The translations under genes were made by a program, and so were the position numbers. Below the pieces are notes generated by a model. It was not told the DNA's origin and ran no database searches. It was given only the letters and a program-made list of their open reading frames with translations. DNA of 64,000 nucleotides from Eledone cirrhosa (Eukaryota): positions 21,886,001 through 21,950,000 of the forward strand of contig OZ024765.1 of NCBI GenBank assembly GCA_964016885.1, in the 5' to 3' direction. This document shows positions 12,501 through 23,609 of this stretch, piece after piece (the stretch's first letter is position 1; the number at the start of each line of letters is the position of its first letter).

Positions 12501-15500
12501 TTTTTTATATAATTAATTGTAAAAACTCTATTAATCTCAGGACAGAGATATTTAGTTGTTGCAGACATCGCCAAAATTCTACATTCAGAACTATATGTAA
12601 CTTATAATATACTTATAATATTCCTATTAATCTCCAAAATGATCCTATCTGCTCTAACATTTTATATTTTTAATACTTTTATTATATTAATATCTCTAAA
12701 ATTTCTTATAATATATATGTATGTCTATATGTGTATAGATATTTATATATATTTATGTACTTCTATATAATTTTAATTTTAATTTTAAATTTTTTTATAT
12801 TTTGGCCAGAAATTTTTTCTTAATTCTTTATTTTTCCAATGACACCCTCTAAAGCTAATTTTTAAATGTAGATTAATAACCATTAACTGTTTTTAGCAAA
12901 ATGTAGCTATTCAAGACGATGTTTAAACATTCATATTTCTTTAGACTAAATAATTAATCCCTCTGATGGACTGAGTGCTCTTACTCTTGGATATTTCCAC
13001 TTAACTTTTACTTCAGTGTATATACACACAGTAACACATATGTGCGTATATTTTCAGTGTGATGATGTTAATGCTAAATTTTCCTTGAAATTTGCTAGAT
13101 GTGGAATTCTGTTGAAGGAGCGAGGACAAATTAACGAGGCCCTAACCTACACACATCAACTTCTGGAGAAATGTGATACAACACCTTTCTATACCTGTCG
13201 GTAGGTCATGTCTTACAGACCCCACATTAGGGGCTTTTTTGGTGGGTGTGTGTGTATGTACCACCACCAATAGCCAAACCACAACCACCACCACCACCAC
13301 CACAACACTACTACCACCACCACCACCACCACCACCACCAACAGTTTCATCATCGCCACTACCCAAACCACAACCACCACTACCACCAAAACTACTAGCA
13401 CCACAACACTACAACCACCGCTACTACTACCATCACCACTACCCAAACCACAACCACCACCACACCACCACTACTACCACCACCACTACCACCACCACTA
13501 CACAACCAACAGCACTACTACCACCACCACACCACCACTACTACCACTACCACAACCACCACAACCAACACCACTACTACTACAACCACCACCACTACAC
13601 AACCAACACCACTACTACCACCACCACACCACGTACACAACCAACACCACTACTACCACCAAAACTACTACCACCACCACACCACCACTACCACAACCAA
13701 CACCACCACTACCACAACCACCACCACTACACAACCAACACCACTACTACCACCACCACACCACGTACACAACCAACACCACTACTACCACCACGTACAC
13801 AACCAACACCACCAACATCACTACTACCCAAACCATAACCACCACGACGTACTACCCAAACCACCACCACCACCACCACCAAATATAACCGCTGTTGTTT
13901 CCTTCCCCCAGGGTATTACTGGAACTCTGCGATATCCTGCGCAACTCTGGCAACTTCAGTATTGCCATATTCTATGTCCTGCGATGTATAACTCAGGCCA
14001 GGGAGCACCACTTCCAATATATTCTCAGCTTGGCCATCATGCAGCTGGCGCAGATCCAGGTAAGTCCTTCGTTCTATAATTGACCCTTGAAAGCTTCCTT
14101 GTATAGCAGACATGTTTAGCTTCTTCTTATCAGACATAGTGTATCTAGGACTACATTATCTAATGTACAGTATAGTAGTTAGTATTAGTGGCTATCAGAC
14201 ATAGTATATCCAGGACTACATTATCTAATGTACAGTATAGTAGTTAGTATTAGTGGCTATCAGACATAGTGTATCTAGGACTACATTATCTAATGTACAG
14301 TATAGTAGTTAGTATTAGTGGCTATCAGACATAGTGTATCTAGGACTACATTATCTAATGTACAGTATAGTAGTTAGTATTAGTGGCTATCAGACATAGT
14401 ATATCTAGGACTACATTATCTAATGTACAGTACAGTAGTTAGTATTTGTGGCTATCAAACATAGTATATCTAGGACTACATTATCTAATGTACAGTATAG
14501 TAGTTAGTATTAGTGGCTATCAGACATAGTGTATCTAGGACTACATTATCTAATGTACAGTATAGTAGTTAGTATTAGTGGCTATCAGACATAGTATATC
14601 TAGGACTTCATTATCTAATGTACAGTACAGTAGTTAGTATTAGTGGCTATCAGACATAGTGTATCTAGGACTACATTATCTAATGTACAGTACAATAGTT
14701 AGTATTAGTGGCTATCAGACATAGTGTATCTAGGACTACATTATCTAATGTACAGTACAGTAGTTAGTATTAGTGGCTATCAGACATAGTGTATCTAGGA
14801 CTACATTATCTAATGTACAGTATAGTAGTTAGTATTAGTGGCTATCAGACATAGTATATCTAGGACTAGATTATCTAATGTACAGTACAGTAGTTAGTAT
14901 TAGTGGCTATCAGACATAGTGTATCTAGGACTACATTATCTAATGTACAGTATAGTAGTTAGTATTAGTGGCTATCAGACATAGTATATCTAGGACTAGA
15001 TTATCTAATGTACAGTACAGTAGTTAGTATTAGTGGCTATCAGACATAGTGTATCTAGGACTACATTATCTAATGTACAGTACAGTAGTTAGTATTAGTG
15101 GCTATCAGACATAGTATACCTAGGACTACACTATCTAATGTACAGTACAGTAGTTAGTATTTGTGGCTATCAGACATAGTATATCTAGGACTACATTATC
15201 TAATGTACAGTATAGTAGTTAGTATTAGTGGCTATCAGACATAGTGTACCTAGGACTACACTATCTAATGTACAGTACAGTAGTTAGTATTAGTGGCTAT
15301 CAGACATAGTATACCTAGGACTACATTATCTAATGTACAGTACAGTAGTTAGTATTAGTGGCTATCAGACATAGTGTATCTAGGACTACATTATCTAATG
15401 TACAGTATAGTAGTTAGTATTAGTGGCTATCAGACATAGTATATCTAGGACTACATTATCTAATGTACAGTACAGTAGTTAGTATTAGTGGCTATCAGAC

Positions 15501-18500
15501 ATAGTGTATCTAGGACTACATTATCTAATGTACAGTATAGTAGTTAGTATTAGTGGCTATCAAACATATTGTATCTAGGACTACATTATCTAATGTACAG
15601 TACAGTAGTTAGTATTAGTGGCTATCAGACATAGTGTATCTAGGACTACATTATCTAATGTACAGTAGTTAGTATTAGTGGCTATCAGACATAGTGTATC
15701 TAGGACTACATTATCTAATGTACAGTATAGTAGTTAGTATTAGTGGCTATCAGACATATTGTATCTAGGACTACATTATCTAATGTACAGTACAGTAGTT
15801 AGTATTTGTAGCTATCAGACATAGTGTATCTAGGACTACATTATCTAATGTACAGTATAGTAGTTAGTATTAGTGGCTATCAGAGATAGTATATCTAGGA
15901 CTAGATTATCTAATGTACAGTACAGTAGTTAGTATTAGTGGCTATCAGACATAGTGTATCTAGGACTACATTATCTAATGTACAGTACAGTAGTTAGTAT
16001 TAGTGGCTATCAAACATAGTGTATCTAGGACTACATTATCTAATGTACAGTATAGTAGTTAGTATTAGTGGCTATCAGACATAGTATATCTAGGACTACA
16101 TTATCTAATGTACAGTACAGTAGTTAGTATTAGTGGCTATCAGACATAGTGTATCTAGGACTACATTATCTAATGTACAGTATAGTAGTTAGTATTAGTG
16201 GCTATCAGACATAGTATATCTAGGACTACATTATCTAATGTACAGTATAGTAGTTAGTATTAGTGGCTATCAAACATATTGTATCTAGGACTACATTATC
16301 TAATGTACAGTACAGTAGTTAGTATTTGTAGCTATCAGACATAGTATATCTAGGACTACATTATCTAATGTACAGTATAGTAGTTAGTATTAGTGGCTAT
16401 CAGACATATTGTATCTAGGACTACATTATCTAATGTACAGTACAGTAGTTAGTATTAGTGGCTATCAGACATAGTGTATCTAGGACTACATTATCTAATG
16501 TACAGTACAGTAGTTAGTATTTGTAGCTATCAGACATAGTGTATCTAGGACTACATTATCTAATGTACAGTATAGTAGTTAGTATTAGTGGCTATCAGAC
16601 ATAGTATATCTAGGACTAGATTATCTAATGTACAGTACAGTAGTTAGTATTAGTGGCTATCAGACATAGTGTATCTAGGACTACATTATCTAATGTACAG
16701 TACAGTAGTTAGTATTAGTGGCTATCAAACATAGTGTATCTGGGACTACATTATCTAATGTACAGTATAGTAGTTAGTATTAGTGGCTATCAGACATAGT
16801 ATATCTAGGACTACATTATCTAATGTACAGTACAGTAGTTAGTATTAGTGGCTATCAGACATAGTGTATCTAGGACTACATTATCTAATGTACAGTATAG
16901 TAGTTAGTATTAGTGGCTATCAAACATATTGTATCTAGGACTACATTATCTAATGTACAGTATAGTAGTTAGTATTAGTGGCTATCAAACATATTGTATC
17001 TAGGACTACATTATCTAATGTACAGTATAGTAGTTAGTATTAGTGGCTATCAGACATAGTATATCTAGGACTACATTATCTAATGTACAGTACAGTAGTT
17101 AGTATTAGTGGCTATCAGACATAGTATATCTAGGACTACATTATCTAATGTACAGTACAGTAGTTAGTATTTGTAGCTATCAGACATAGTATATCTAGGA
17201 CTACATTATCTAATGTACAGTACAGTAGTTAGTATTAGTGGCTATCAGACATAGTATATCTAGGACTACATTATCTAATGTACAGTACAGTAGTTAGTAT
17301 TAGTGGCTATCAGACATAGTATATCTAGGACTACATTATCTAATGTACAGTACAGTAGTTAGTATTTGTAGCTATCAGACATAGTGTATCTAGGACTATA
17401 TTATCTTAATAGGACTTTCCCAGCTAATGGTTGAGTCCATTTCTATAACTTTCTTCTATCTCTCACCTACAGCTCTTAATGGGACTGCCCCAGCTTGCAG
17501 TTTCTATTCTCGAGGAGCAGATGATGAATATATTAACCAATGGGACACTTGTGGACAAGGGCCGCATGCTGTTTTGCTACTCCAGATGCAGTGTGGCAGC
17601 AGCGAAAAAGACCGAAAACCCCAAAAAGATAAAATCAGGTAAAATTACAGAACTCTTCATTATTAAGACGGGGGTTAAAATACTTCCATTAAACTTTAAT
17701 AATACTATCAAGACATTCTTGAAAAGTGAAAAAACAACACTATGACTGCATCTTCTTCTTCACCCACTTATTCCTGAGAGAGTCGTAGGAGGAGCAGAGT
17801 CCTCAAACACTCCTTCCAGTGGGTCCTGTCAGAAGCAACCATCTCCAACTGATCTGGCTGAATCTCCAAGTGAGACCAGCCAAACTCATGGATGTTATCC
17901 AACCATCTTGCTCGAGGTCTTCCCTTGGGTCTCATGCCGGTTGGTTTTGTCCCATAAAATCTGTCCAGTGATTCTTTCGTCAGGCATTCTAACCACATGT
18001 CTGTAGTATCAGAGCTGTGATCTCTCAATCCAGAGATTCTTTCCTCAGACATTCTAACCACATGTCTGTAGTATCAGAGCTGTGATCTCTCAATTCAGAG
18101 ATTCTTTCCTCAGACATTCTAACCACATGTCTGTAGTATCAGAGCTGTGGTCTCTCAATTCAGAGATTCTTTCCTCAGACATTCTAACCACATGTCTGTA
18201 GTATCAGAGCTGTGATCTCTCAATTGAGAGATTCTTTCCTGGGACATTCTAACCACATGTCTGTAGTATCAGAGCTGTGATCTCTCAATCCAGAGATTCT
18301 TTCCTGAGACATTCTAACCACATGTCTGTAGTATCAGAGCTGTGGTCTCTCAATTCAGAGATTCTTTCCTGAGACATTCTAACCACATGTCTGTAGTATC
18401 AGAGCTGTGGTCTCTCAATTCAGAGATTCTTTCCTGAGACATTCTAACCACATGTCTGTAGTATCAGAGCTGTGGTCTCTCAATGCAGAGATTCTTTCCT

Positions 18501-21500
18501 CAGACATTCTAACCACATGTCTGTAGTATCAGAGCTGTGATCTCTCAATCCAGAGATTCTTTCCTGAGACATTCTAACCACATGTCTGTAGTATCAGAGC
18601 TGTGGTCTCTCAATTCAGAGATTCTTTCCTGAGACATTCTAACCACATGTCTGTAGTATCAGAGCTGTGGTCTCTCAATTCAGAGATTCTTTCCTCAGAC
18701 ATTCTAACCACATGTCTGTAGTATCAGAGCTGTGATCTCTCAATTCAGAGATTCTTTCCTCAGACATTCTAACCACATGTCTGTAGTATCAGAGCTGTGA
18801 TCTCTCAATTCAGAGATTTTTTCCTCAGACATTCTAACCACATGTCTGTAGTATCAGAGCTGTGATCTCTCAATTCAGAGATTCTTTCCTCAGACATTCT
18901 AACCACATGTCTGTAGTATCAGAGCTGTGATCTCTTAATCCAGAGATTCTTTCCTGAGACAATCTAACCACATGTCTGTAGTATCGGAGCTGTGGTCTCT
19001 CAATCCAGAGATTCTTTCCTCAGACATTCTAACCACATGTCTGTAGTATCAGAGCTGTGATCTCTCAATTCAGAGATTCTTTCCTCAGACATTCTAACCA
19101 CATGTCTGTAGTATCAGAGCTGTGATCTCTCAATTCAGAGATTCTTTCCTGAGACATTCTAACCACATGTCTGTAGTATCAGAGCTGTGATCTCTCAATC
19201 CAGAGATTCTTTCCTCAGACATTCTAACCACATGTCTGTAGTATCAGAGCTGTGATCTCTCAATCCAGAGATTCTTTCCTCAGACATTCTAACCACATGT
19301 CTGTAGTATCAGAGCTGTGATCTCTCAATCCAGAGATTCTTTCCTGAGACATTCTAACCACATGTCTGTAGTATCACAGCTGTGATCTCTCAATCCAGAG
19401 ATTCTTTCCTGAGACATTCTAACCACATGTCTGTAGTATCAGAGCTGTGATCTCTCAATCCAGAGATTCTTTCCTCAGACATTCTAACCACATGTCTGTA
19501 GTATCAGAGCTGTGATCTCTCAATCCAGAGATTCTTTCCTCAGACATTCTAACCACATGTCTGTAGTATCAGAGCTGTGATCTCTCAATTCAGAGATTCT
19601 TTCCTGAGACATTCTAACCACATGTCTGTAGTACCAGAGCTGTGATCTCTCAATTCAGAGATTCTTTCCTGAGACATTCTAACCACATGTCTGTAGTATC
19701 AGAGCTGTGGTCTCTCAATTCAGAGATTCTTTCCTGAGACATTCTAACCACATGTCTGTAGTATCAGAGCTGTGGTCTCTCAATTCAGAGATTCTTTCCT
19801 GAGACATTCTAACCACATGTCTGTAGTATCACAGCTGTGATCTCTCAATTCAGAGATTCTTTCCTCAGACATTCTAACCACATATCCATAGTATCAGAGT
19901 TGTGGTCTCTCAATGCGGAGAAGTAACAGTTCTACCTGGAGTGACTTTCTGATCTCCAACCTACGTACTTTATCGAGTAACGTTACTTCAAAGACCCATC
20001 GGAGGAATCCTATTTCAGCTACTCTTATTCGCGATCGTATTCTTTCAGTGATTACCCAAGATTCATGACCATTGGTAATGGTTGGCATGAAAACTGAATT
20101 GAAGATGAGTTTGGCTTTTATGCCTACCTTGCTTGTTCTGATTACTGAATGCTGAAGCTGGAGCATTACTGCATCAGCTTTTGCAATTCTTGCACTATAT
20201 TTTGGCTACATCACATTAAATATTAAAGTCTTTACTGTAATACTGTAAATATTCACAATAATCTGTCCACCAGTAAAGATACTATAAACATTTAGTACAA
20301 AACAACACTATGACTACATCACATTAAATATTAAAGTCTTTACTGTAATACTGTAAATATTCACAATAATCTGTCTACTAGTAAAGATACTATAAACATT
20401 TAGTACAAAACAACACTATGACTACATCACATTAAATATTAAAGTCTTTACTGTAATACTGTAAATATTCACAACAATCTGTCCACCAGTAAAGATACTA
20501 TAAACATTTAGTACAAAACAACACTATGACTACATCACATTAAATATTAAAGTCTTTACTGTAATACTGTAAATTTTCACAACAATCTGTCTACTAGTAA
20601 AGATACTATAAACATTTAGTACAAAACAACACTATGACTACATCACATTAAATATTAAAGTCTTTACTGTAATACTGTAAATTTTCACAACAATCTGTCC
20701 ACCAGTAAAGATACTATAAACATTTAGTACAAAACAACACTATGACTACATCACATTAAATATTAAAGTCTTTACTGTAATACTGTAAATATTCACAACA
20801 ATCTGTCCACCAGTAAAGATACTATAAACATTTAGTACAAAACAACACTATGACTACATCACATTAAATATTAAAGTCTTTACTGTAATACTGTAAATTT
20901 TCACAACAATCTGTCTACTAGTAAAGATACTATAAACATTTAGTACAAAACAACACTATGACTACATCACATTAAATATTAAAGTCTTTACTGTAATACT
21001 GTAAATTTTCACAACAATCTGTCTACTAGTAAAGATACTATAAACATTTAGTACAAAACAACACTATGACTACATCACATTAAATATTAAAGTCTTTACT
21101 GTAATACTGTAAATTTTCACAACAATCTGTCTACTAGTAAAGATACTATAAACATTTAGTACAAAACAACACTATGACTACATCACATTAAATATTAAAG
21201 TCTTTACTGTAATACTGTAAATTTTCACAACAATCTGTCTACCAGTAAAGATACTATAAACATTTAGTACAAAACAACACTATGACTACATCACATTAAA
21301 TATTAAAGTCTTTACTGTAATACTGTAAATATTCACAACAATCTGTCTACCAGTAAAGATACTATAAACATTTAGTACAAAACAACACTATGACTACATC
21401 ACATTAAATATTAAAGTCTTTACTGTAATACTGTAAATATTCACAACAATCTGTCCACCAGTAAAGATACTATAAACATTTAGTACAAAACAACACTATG

Positions 21501-22310
21501 GCTACATCACATTAAATATTAACCCTTTAGCATTTACATTACTCTATATATACTATTGTATTATCACAGTAAAGGCTTTACCTCACATAATCTCTACGAG
21601 ATTTTGATGATGTTATAGTTTATTGCAAGAACGATATCTTAACATCAGTATAAGCTGCTGGTTACGGCTGGTTTAAAGAAGGGGAAATAATCCTGGCCGG
21701 ATACGGCCGCTTTAGATGCTAAATCAGGCATGGGCAACCTCTTTTGTGAAGCGGGCCGCATAAGATATGGGTCATCATCAGGCGGGCCACAAGCGCTAAT
21801 TTACATTTGTGCCCACATTAAAAACAAGGGTGGTAACTGAAGCTGTTTTGATTTGTTTCTTCAGAATTCCTACACATTCTTTTGCTTGATTGTAAAAATG
21901 ATAGAAAGATAAATTACAACTGGAAAGTTGGGGTAAAAAACTCAGAAAGATTTCACTTAGGTGAGCCATTGAGAAAGGTTTGCGGGACACCGGTTGCCCG
22001 TGACTGTGCTCAAGAATTAAAATAATTTTCACAACAATCTGTTCCCTAGTAAAGCTTGTGTCCCCAGTAATGTTATCTCCTCTGTTTTATATTTGCAGCT
22101 CTGATGTCTGCCATACGACAGATGTACACAGTTATTGAACACTTCCAGATGGTAGAGGCCTATAAACTACAAAAGGACGCTGTTTATTACCAGGCGAGGA
22201 TCTGTGAATCTCTTGGTTACACAACGGAGAGGAACAAGTACGCTCGACAGTTCCGACAACTCAACCAGCTTTATCCTTCATTCCAGAAAATAGATGTCAC
22301 TCTTCTGTAG
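376..22310 (+). CDS. ANAPC5: Anaphase-promoting complex subunit 5, 3' portion (8 exons in window, about 376 aa; 5' exons lie upstream of the window)
   Basis: Exons 376-443, 3669-3782, 5182-5305, 7614-7810, 13099-13200, 13912-14059, 17473-17638 and 22099-22310 all have AG/GT boundaries and phases that join into one frame. The translation (ISLAQIAALWHTYGK, AKERFPANTSFAHIWM, ILTNGTLVDKGR, DAVYYQARICESLGYTTERNKYARQFRQL) is colinear with the C-terminal TPR half of human APC5 as I recall it (ISIAQKTAIWRLYG, LKERFPPNSQHAQLWM, ILADGAILDKGR, DVVYFQARLYHTLGKTQERNRCAMLFRQL). Confidence 0.93.
552..890 (+). mobile_element. tRNA-derived SINE, family A (CORE-like body, RTE-type ATG-repeat tail)
   Basis: A box TGGCTTAGTGG, B box GAGTTCAATTC, CCTTGAGCAAGACACTT; near-identical copies elsewhere in the window. 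Confidence 0.85.
895..1270 (-). mobile_element. Non-autonomous RTE-tailed repeat; related copies at about 7827-8660, 8860-9243, 23160-23400, 24960-25380, 26990-27330 and 32755-33025
   Basis: (CAT)n-CGTTTAACGTCC tail and shared GGATGCCCTTCCTAACACCAACC segment. Confidence 0.75.
1485..1697 (+). mobile_element. RTE LINE 3' fragment; related copies at 33890-34218 and 26745-26990
   Basis: Encodes GRRSRGRPRKTW...DRDKWR; (ATG)n tail. Confidence 0.75.
1933..3571. mobile_element. piggyBac-like MITE containing a 72-bp tandem array (about 20 units, 2075-3555)
   Basis: TTAA-CCCTTTTAGCATTT ... AAATGCTAAACGC-TTAA termini; 72-bp period. Confidence 0.65.
3669..3782 (+). CDS. ANAPC5: ANAPC5 exon (VIESMLSNN...ALWHTYGK)
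   Basis: ttccag acceptor, gtacca donor; frame-consistent. Confidence 0.85.
3826..5150. repeat. 48-bp minisatellite (TTAACCCTTTCATTACCATATTTCTAATGAAAGACACTGTCTATGTCA)n
   Basis: About 27 tandem units filling the intron. Confidence 0.95.
5182..5305 (+). CDS. ANAPC5: ANAPC5 exon (ENCSLISQ...ARHHFDQ)
   Basis: ttttcag acceptor, gtaatc donor; lies within ORF 5144..5353. Confidence 0.88.
5470..6985. repeat. 33-bp minisatellite (GTAGCTTAGTGGTAAAGGTGTTAGCTTAGTAAT)n
   Basis: Direct tandem periodicity; flanked by SINE remnants. Confidence 0.95.
7188..7590 (+). mobile_element. SINE family B (Nin/Deu-domain-like), two tandem copies; others at 28200-28520, 34786-34935, 35105-35235(-), 40055-40518(-) and 51450-51642
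   Basis: GAGTTCAAATCCC B box and GCCTTTCATCCTTACGGGGTCGATAAAATAAAGTACC core. Confidence 0.75.
7614..7810 (+). CDS. ANAPC5: ANAPC5 exon (GMIDVAM...EADI)
   Basis: ttcttcag acceptor, gttggt donor; KERFP motif. Confidence 0.88.
7930..8660. repeat. 110-112-bp tandem expansion inside an RTE-tailed repeat
   Basis: Repeated GGATGCCCTTCCTAACACCAACCACATTTACAGTGTGG units. Confidence 0.9.
9644..9714 (+). ncRNA. Hammerhead ribozyme motif (mirror copy on - strand at about 9496-9566)
   Basis: Stem I tatgtatttat/ataaaacata, CTGATGA 9655-9661, stem II GGA.GTACTG...CAGTAC.TCC, GAAA 9693-9696, TATATA stem III, ATA triplet. Confidence 0.7.
10160..10226 (+). ncRNA. Hammerhead ribozyme motif (mirror copy on - strand at about 9946-10012)
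   Basis: Stem I tattttgt/ataaaata, CTGATGA 10169-10175, stem II AAG.ATACCAT/ATGGTAT.CTT, GAAA 10206-10209. Confidence 0.72.
10284..10900 (-). mobile_element. RTE-class LINE 3' fragment, frameshifted
   Basis: LELVEDFLYLG...KIRLFIAVVESVLLYGSETW; DGCYTRMLR. Confidence 0.8.
11256..12990 (+). mobile_element. Degenerate Penelope-like retroelement 3' part (RT C-terminus + GIY-YIG-type endonuclease), interrupted by a SINE
   Basis: VNFLDVTLNLSTGLYYPFHK (RT end), RSRNIIW..PFSLSVKT, NCRIKSNCPLQNKCL..IVYKC..YVSATSTKFK..HSF..TTLSHLIW, EIFSCCRH; frameshifted. Confidence 0.8.
11441..11778 (-). mobile_element. SINE family A copy inside the PLE remnant
   Basis: Reverse complement of 552-890. Confidence 0.85.
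13099..13200 (+). CDS. ANAPC5: ANAPC5 exon (CGILLKERGQINEA...PFYTC)
   Basis: tttgctag acceptor, gtaggt donor; phase 2-2 fits both neighbours. Confidence 0.82.
13260..13880. repeat. (CCA/CTA/CAA)n low-complexity tract
   Basis: Direct inspection. Confidence 0.9.
13912..14059 (+). CDS. ANAPC5: ANAPC5 exon (VLLELCDIL...LAQIQ)
   Basis: ccttcccccag acceptor, gtaagt donor. Confidence 0.88.
14128..17404. repeat. 65-bp minisatellite, about 50 units
   Basis: TATCAGACATAGTGTATCTAGGACTACATTATCTAATGTACAGTATAGTAGTTAGTATTAGTGGC tandem. Confidence 0.95.
17473..17638 (+). CDS. ANAPC5: ANAPC5 exon (LLMGLPQLA...KKIKS)
   Basis: cctacag acceptor, gtaaaa donor; DKGR motif. Confidence 0.88.
17750..20200 (-). 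mobile_element. RTE LINE 3' fragment with an internal 65-bp tandem expansion
   Basis: FNSVFMPTITNGHESW...LLLRIERPQL upstream of the array and RPKGRPRARWLDNI...W downstream of it. Confidence 0.8.
17980..19915. repeat. 65-bp RTE-derived minisatellite, about 29 units
   Basis: CAGACATTCTAACCACATGTCTGTAGTATCAGAGCTGTGATCTCTCAATTCAGAGATTCTTTCCT tandem. Confidence 0.95.
20205..21520. repeat. 108-bp tandem repeat, about 12 units
   Basis: TATTAAAGTC recurs every 108 bp. Confidence 0.95.
21519..22020. mobile_element. Same piggyBac-like MITE (single unit) with a nested hAT-like MITE at 21725-22006
   Basis: TTAACCCTTTAGCATTT start; CAGGCATGGGCAACC / GGTTGCCCGTGACTG TIRs with imperfect 8-bp flanks tgctaaat/tgctcaag. 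Confidence 0.6.
22099..22310 (+). CDS. ANAPC5: ANAPC5 terminal coding exon (LMSAIRQM...IDVTLL*)
   Basis: atttgcag acceptor, TAG stop at 22308-22310; YQAR...ERN motif. Confidence 0.9.
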
Positions 22311-23010
22311 AGATATTTAGACACACAGACAGATAAACAGAGTGACTGACACATAGACAGACTGACTGACAGATGTCACTCTACTGTAGAGATATTTAGA
22401 CACAGACAGACTGACAGATGTCACTCTACTGTAGAGATATTGAGACAGACAGACTGACAGATGTCACTCTACTGTAGAGATATTTAGACAGACAGACTGA
22501 CAGATGTCACTCTACAGTAGAGATATTGAGACAGACAGACTGACAGATGTCACTCTACTGTAGAGATATTTAGACACAGACAGATGTCACTCTACTGTAG
22601 AGATATTTAGACAGACAGACTGACAGATGTCACTCTACTGTAGAGATATTTAGACAGACAGACTGACAGATGTCACTCTACTGTAGAGATATTTAGACAG
22701 ACAGACTGACAGATGTCACTCTACTGTAGAGATATTGAGACAGACAGACTGACAGATGTCACTCTACTGTAGAGATATTTAGACACAGACAGATGTCACT
22801 CTACTGTAGAGATATTTAGACAGACAGACTGACAGATGTCACTCTACTGTAGAGATATTCAGACAGACAGACTGACAGATGTCACTCTACTGTAGAGATA
22901 TTGAGACAGACAGACTGACAGATGTCACTCTACTGTAGAGATATTTAGACAGACAGACTGACAGATGTCACTCTACTGTAGAGATATTTAGACAGACAGG
23001 CTGACAGACA
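22290..23010. repeat. 43-bp tandem repeat in the ANAPC5 3' UTR
   Basis: GATGTCACTCTACTGTAGAGATATTTAGACAGACAGACTGACA units. Confidence 0.92.
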
Positions 23011-23046
23011 CTCAAAAGAACTATTGGAAAAATTCCTCCATTTCAT

Positions 23047-23052
23047 AATAAA
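23047..23052 (+). promoter_or_regulatory. Candidate polyadenylation signal of ANAPC5
   Basis: AATAAA after the 3' UTR tandem array, followed by a T/GT-rich tract. Confidence 0.55.
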
Positions 23053-23609
23053 TTGTATTTTTGTTTGCTTATCTCTTGTTTTGTGTTTATTTCTTGTGTG
23101 TATATATGTATATATATCATCATCATCATCATCAATATATATACATATTTATATATATCATCATCATCATCGTTTAATGTCTATCTTCCATGCTAGCATG
23201 GGTTAGACGGGTTTCACCCATTTAGAGGCAAGTTGGGTCGGTTGACCATGTCTCGCCCATATAGGACTGTCTGGCAGGTTCTCTACAGCTGGATACCCTT
23301 CCTAACACCAACCACATTTACAGTATAGACTGGGTCCATTTTGTCATGTCTTTTACACGTCCACTTTACTTGTGGACTGGGTGGTGGGGCATACTACAGA
23401 TGCCATAAATGAGAGGGAAAATGCAAGGACTCTTGTCTCACAGAAGAAAGGTGGGGAGAAGGTGATTAGTTCTGGGCCAAGTGTAGTGAATATGATGTAG
23501 TCTTATTGTGGTAAGACGTATGTACAATCAGAGCTAGATTTAGGACAAATGAGACCCCTTGCTTGGGCCCTGAAGGAGGTAATTCATTGTAAAAAAACAT
23601 TTTTGGCAG

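Noticed and set aside
13051-13098. Alternative upstream ANAPC5 acceptor (ttttcag at 13057)
   Set aside because: 41 nt upstream of the chosen site; shifts the frame into a TGA
13173-13838. 221-aa Thr/Pro/His-rich ORF; similar ORFs at 39385-40102
   Set aside because: Trinucleotide microsatellite within introns
14128-21520. CRISPR-like appearance of regular repeats
   Set aside because: Head-to-tail units with no unique spacers, no cas genes, eukaryotic intron context
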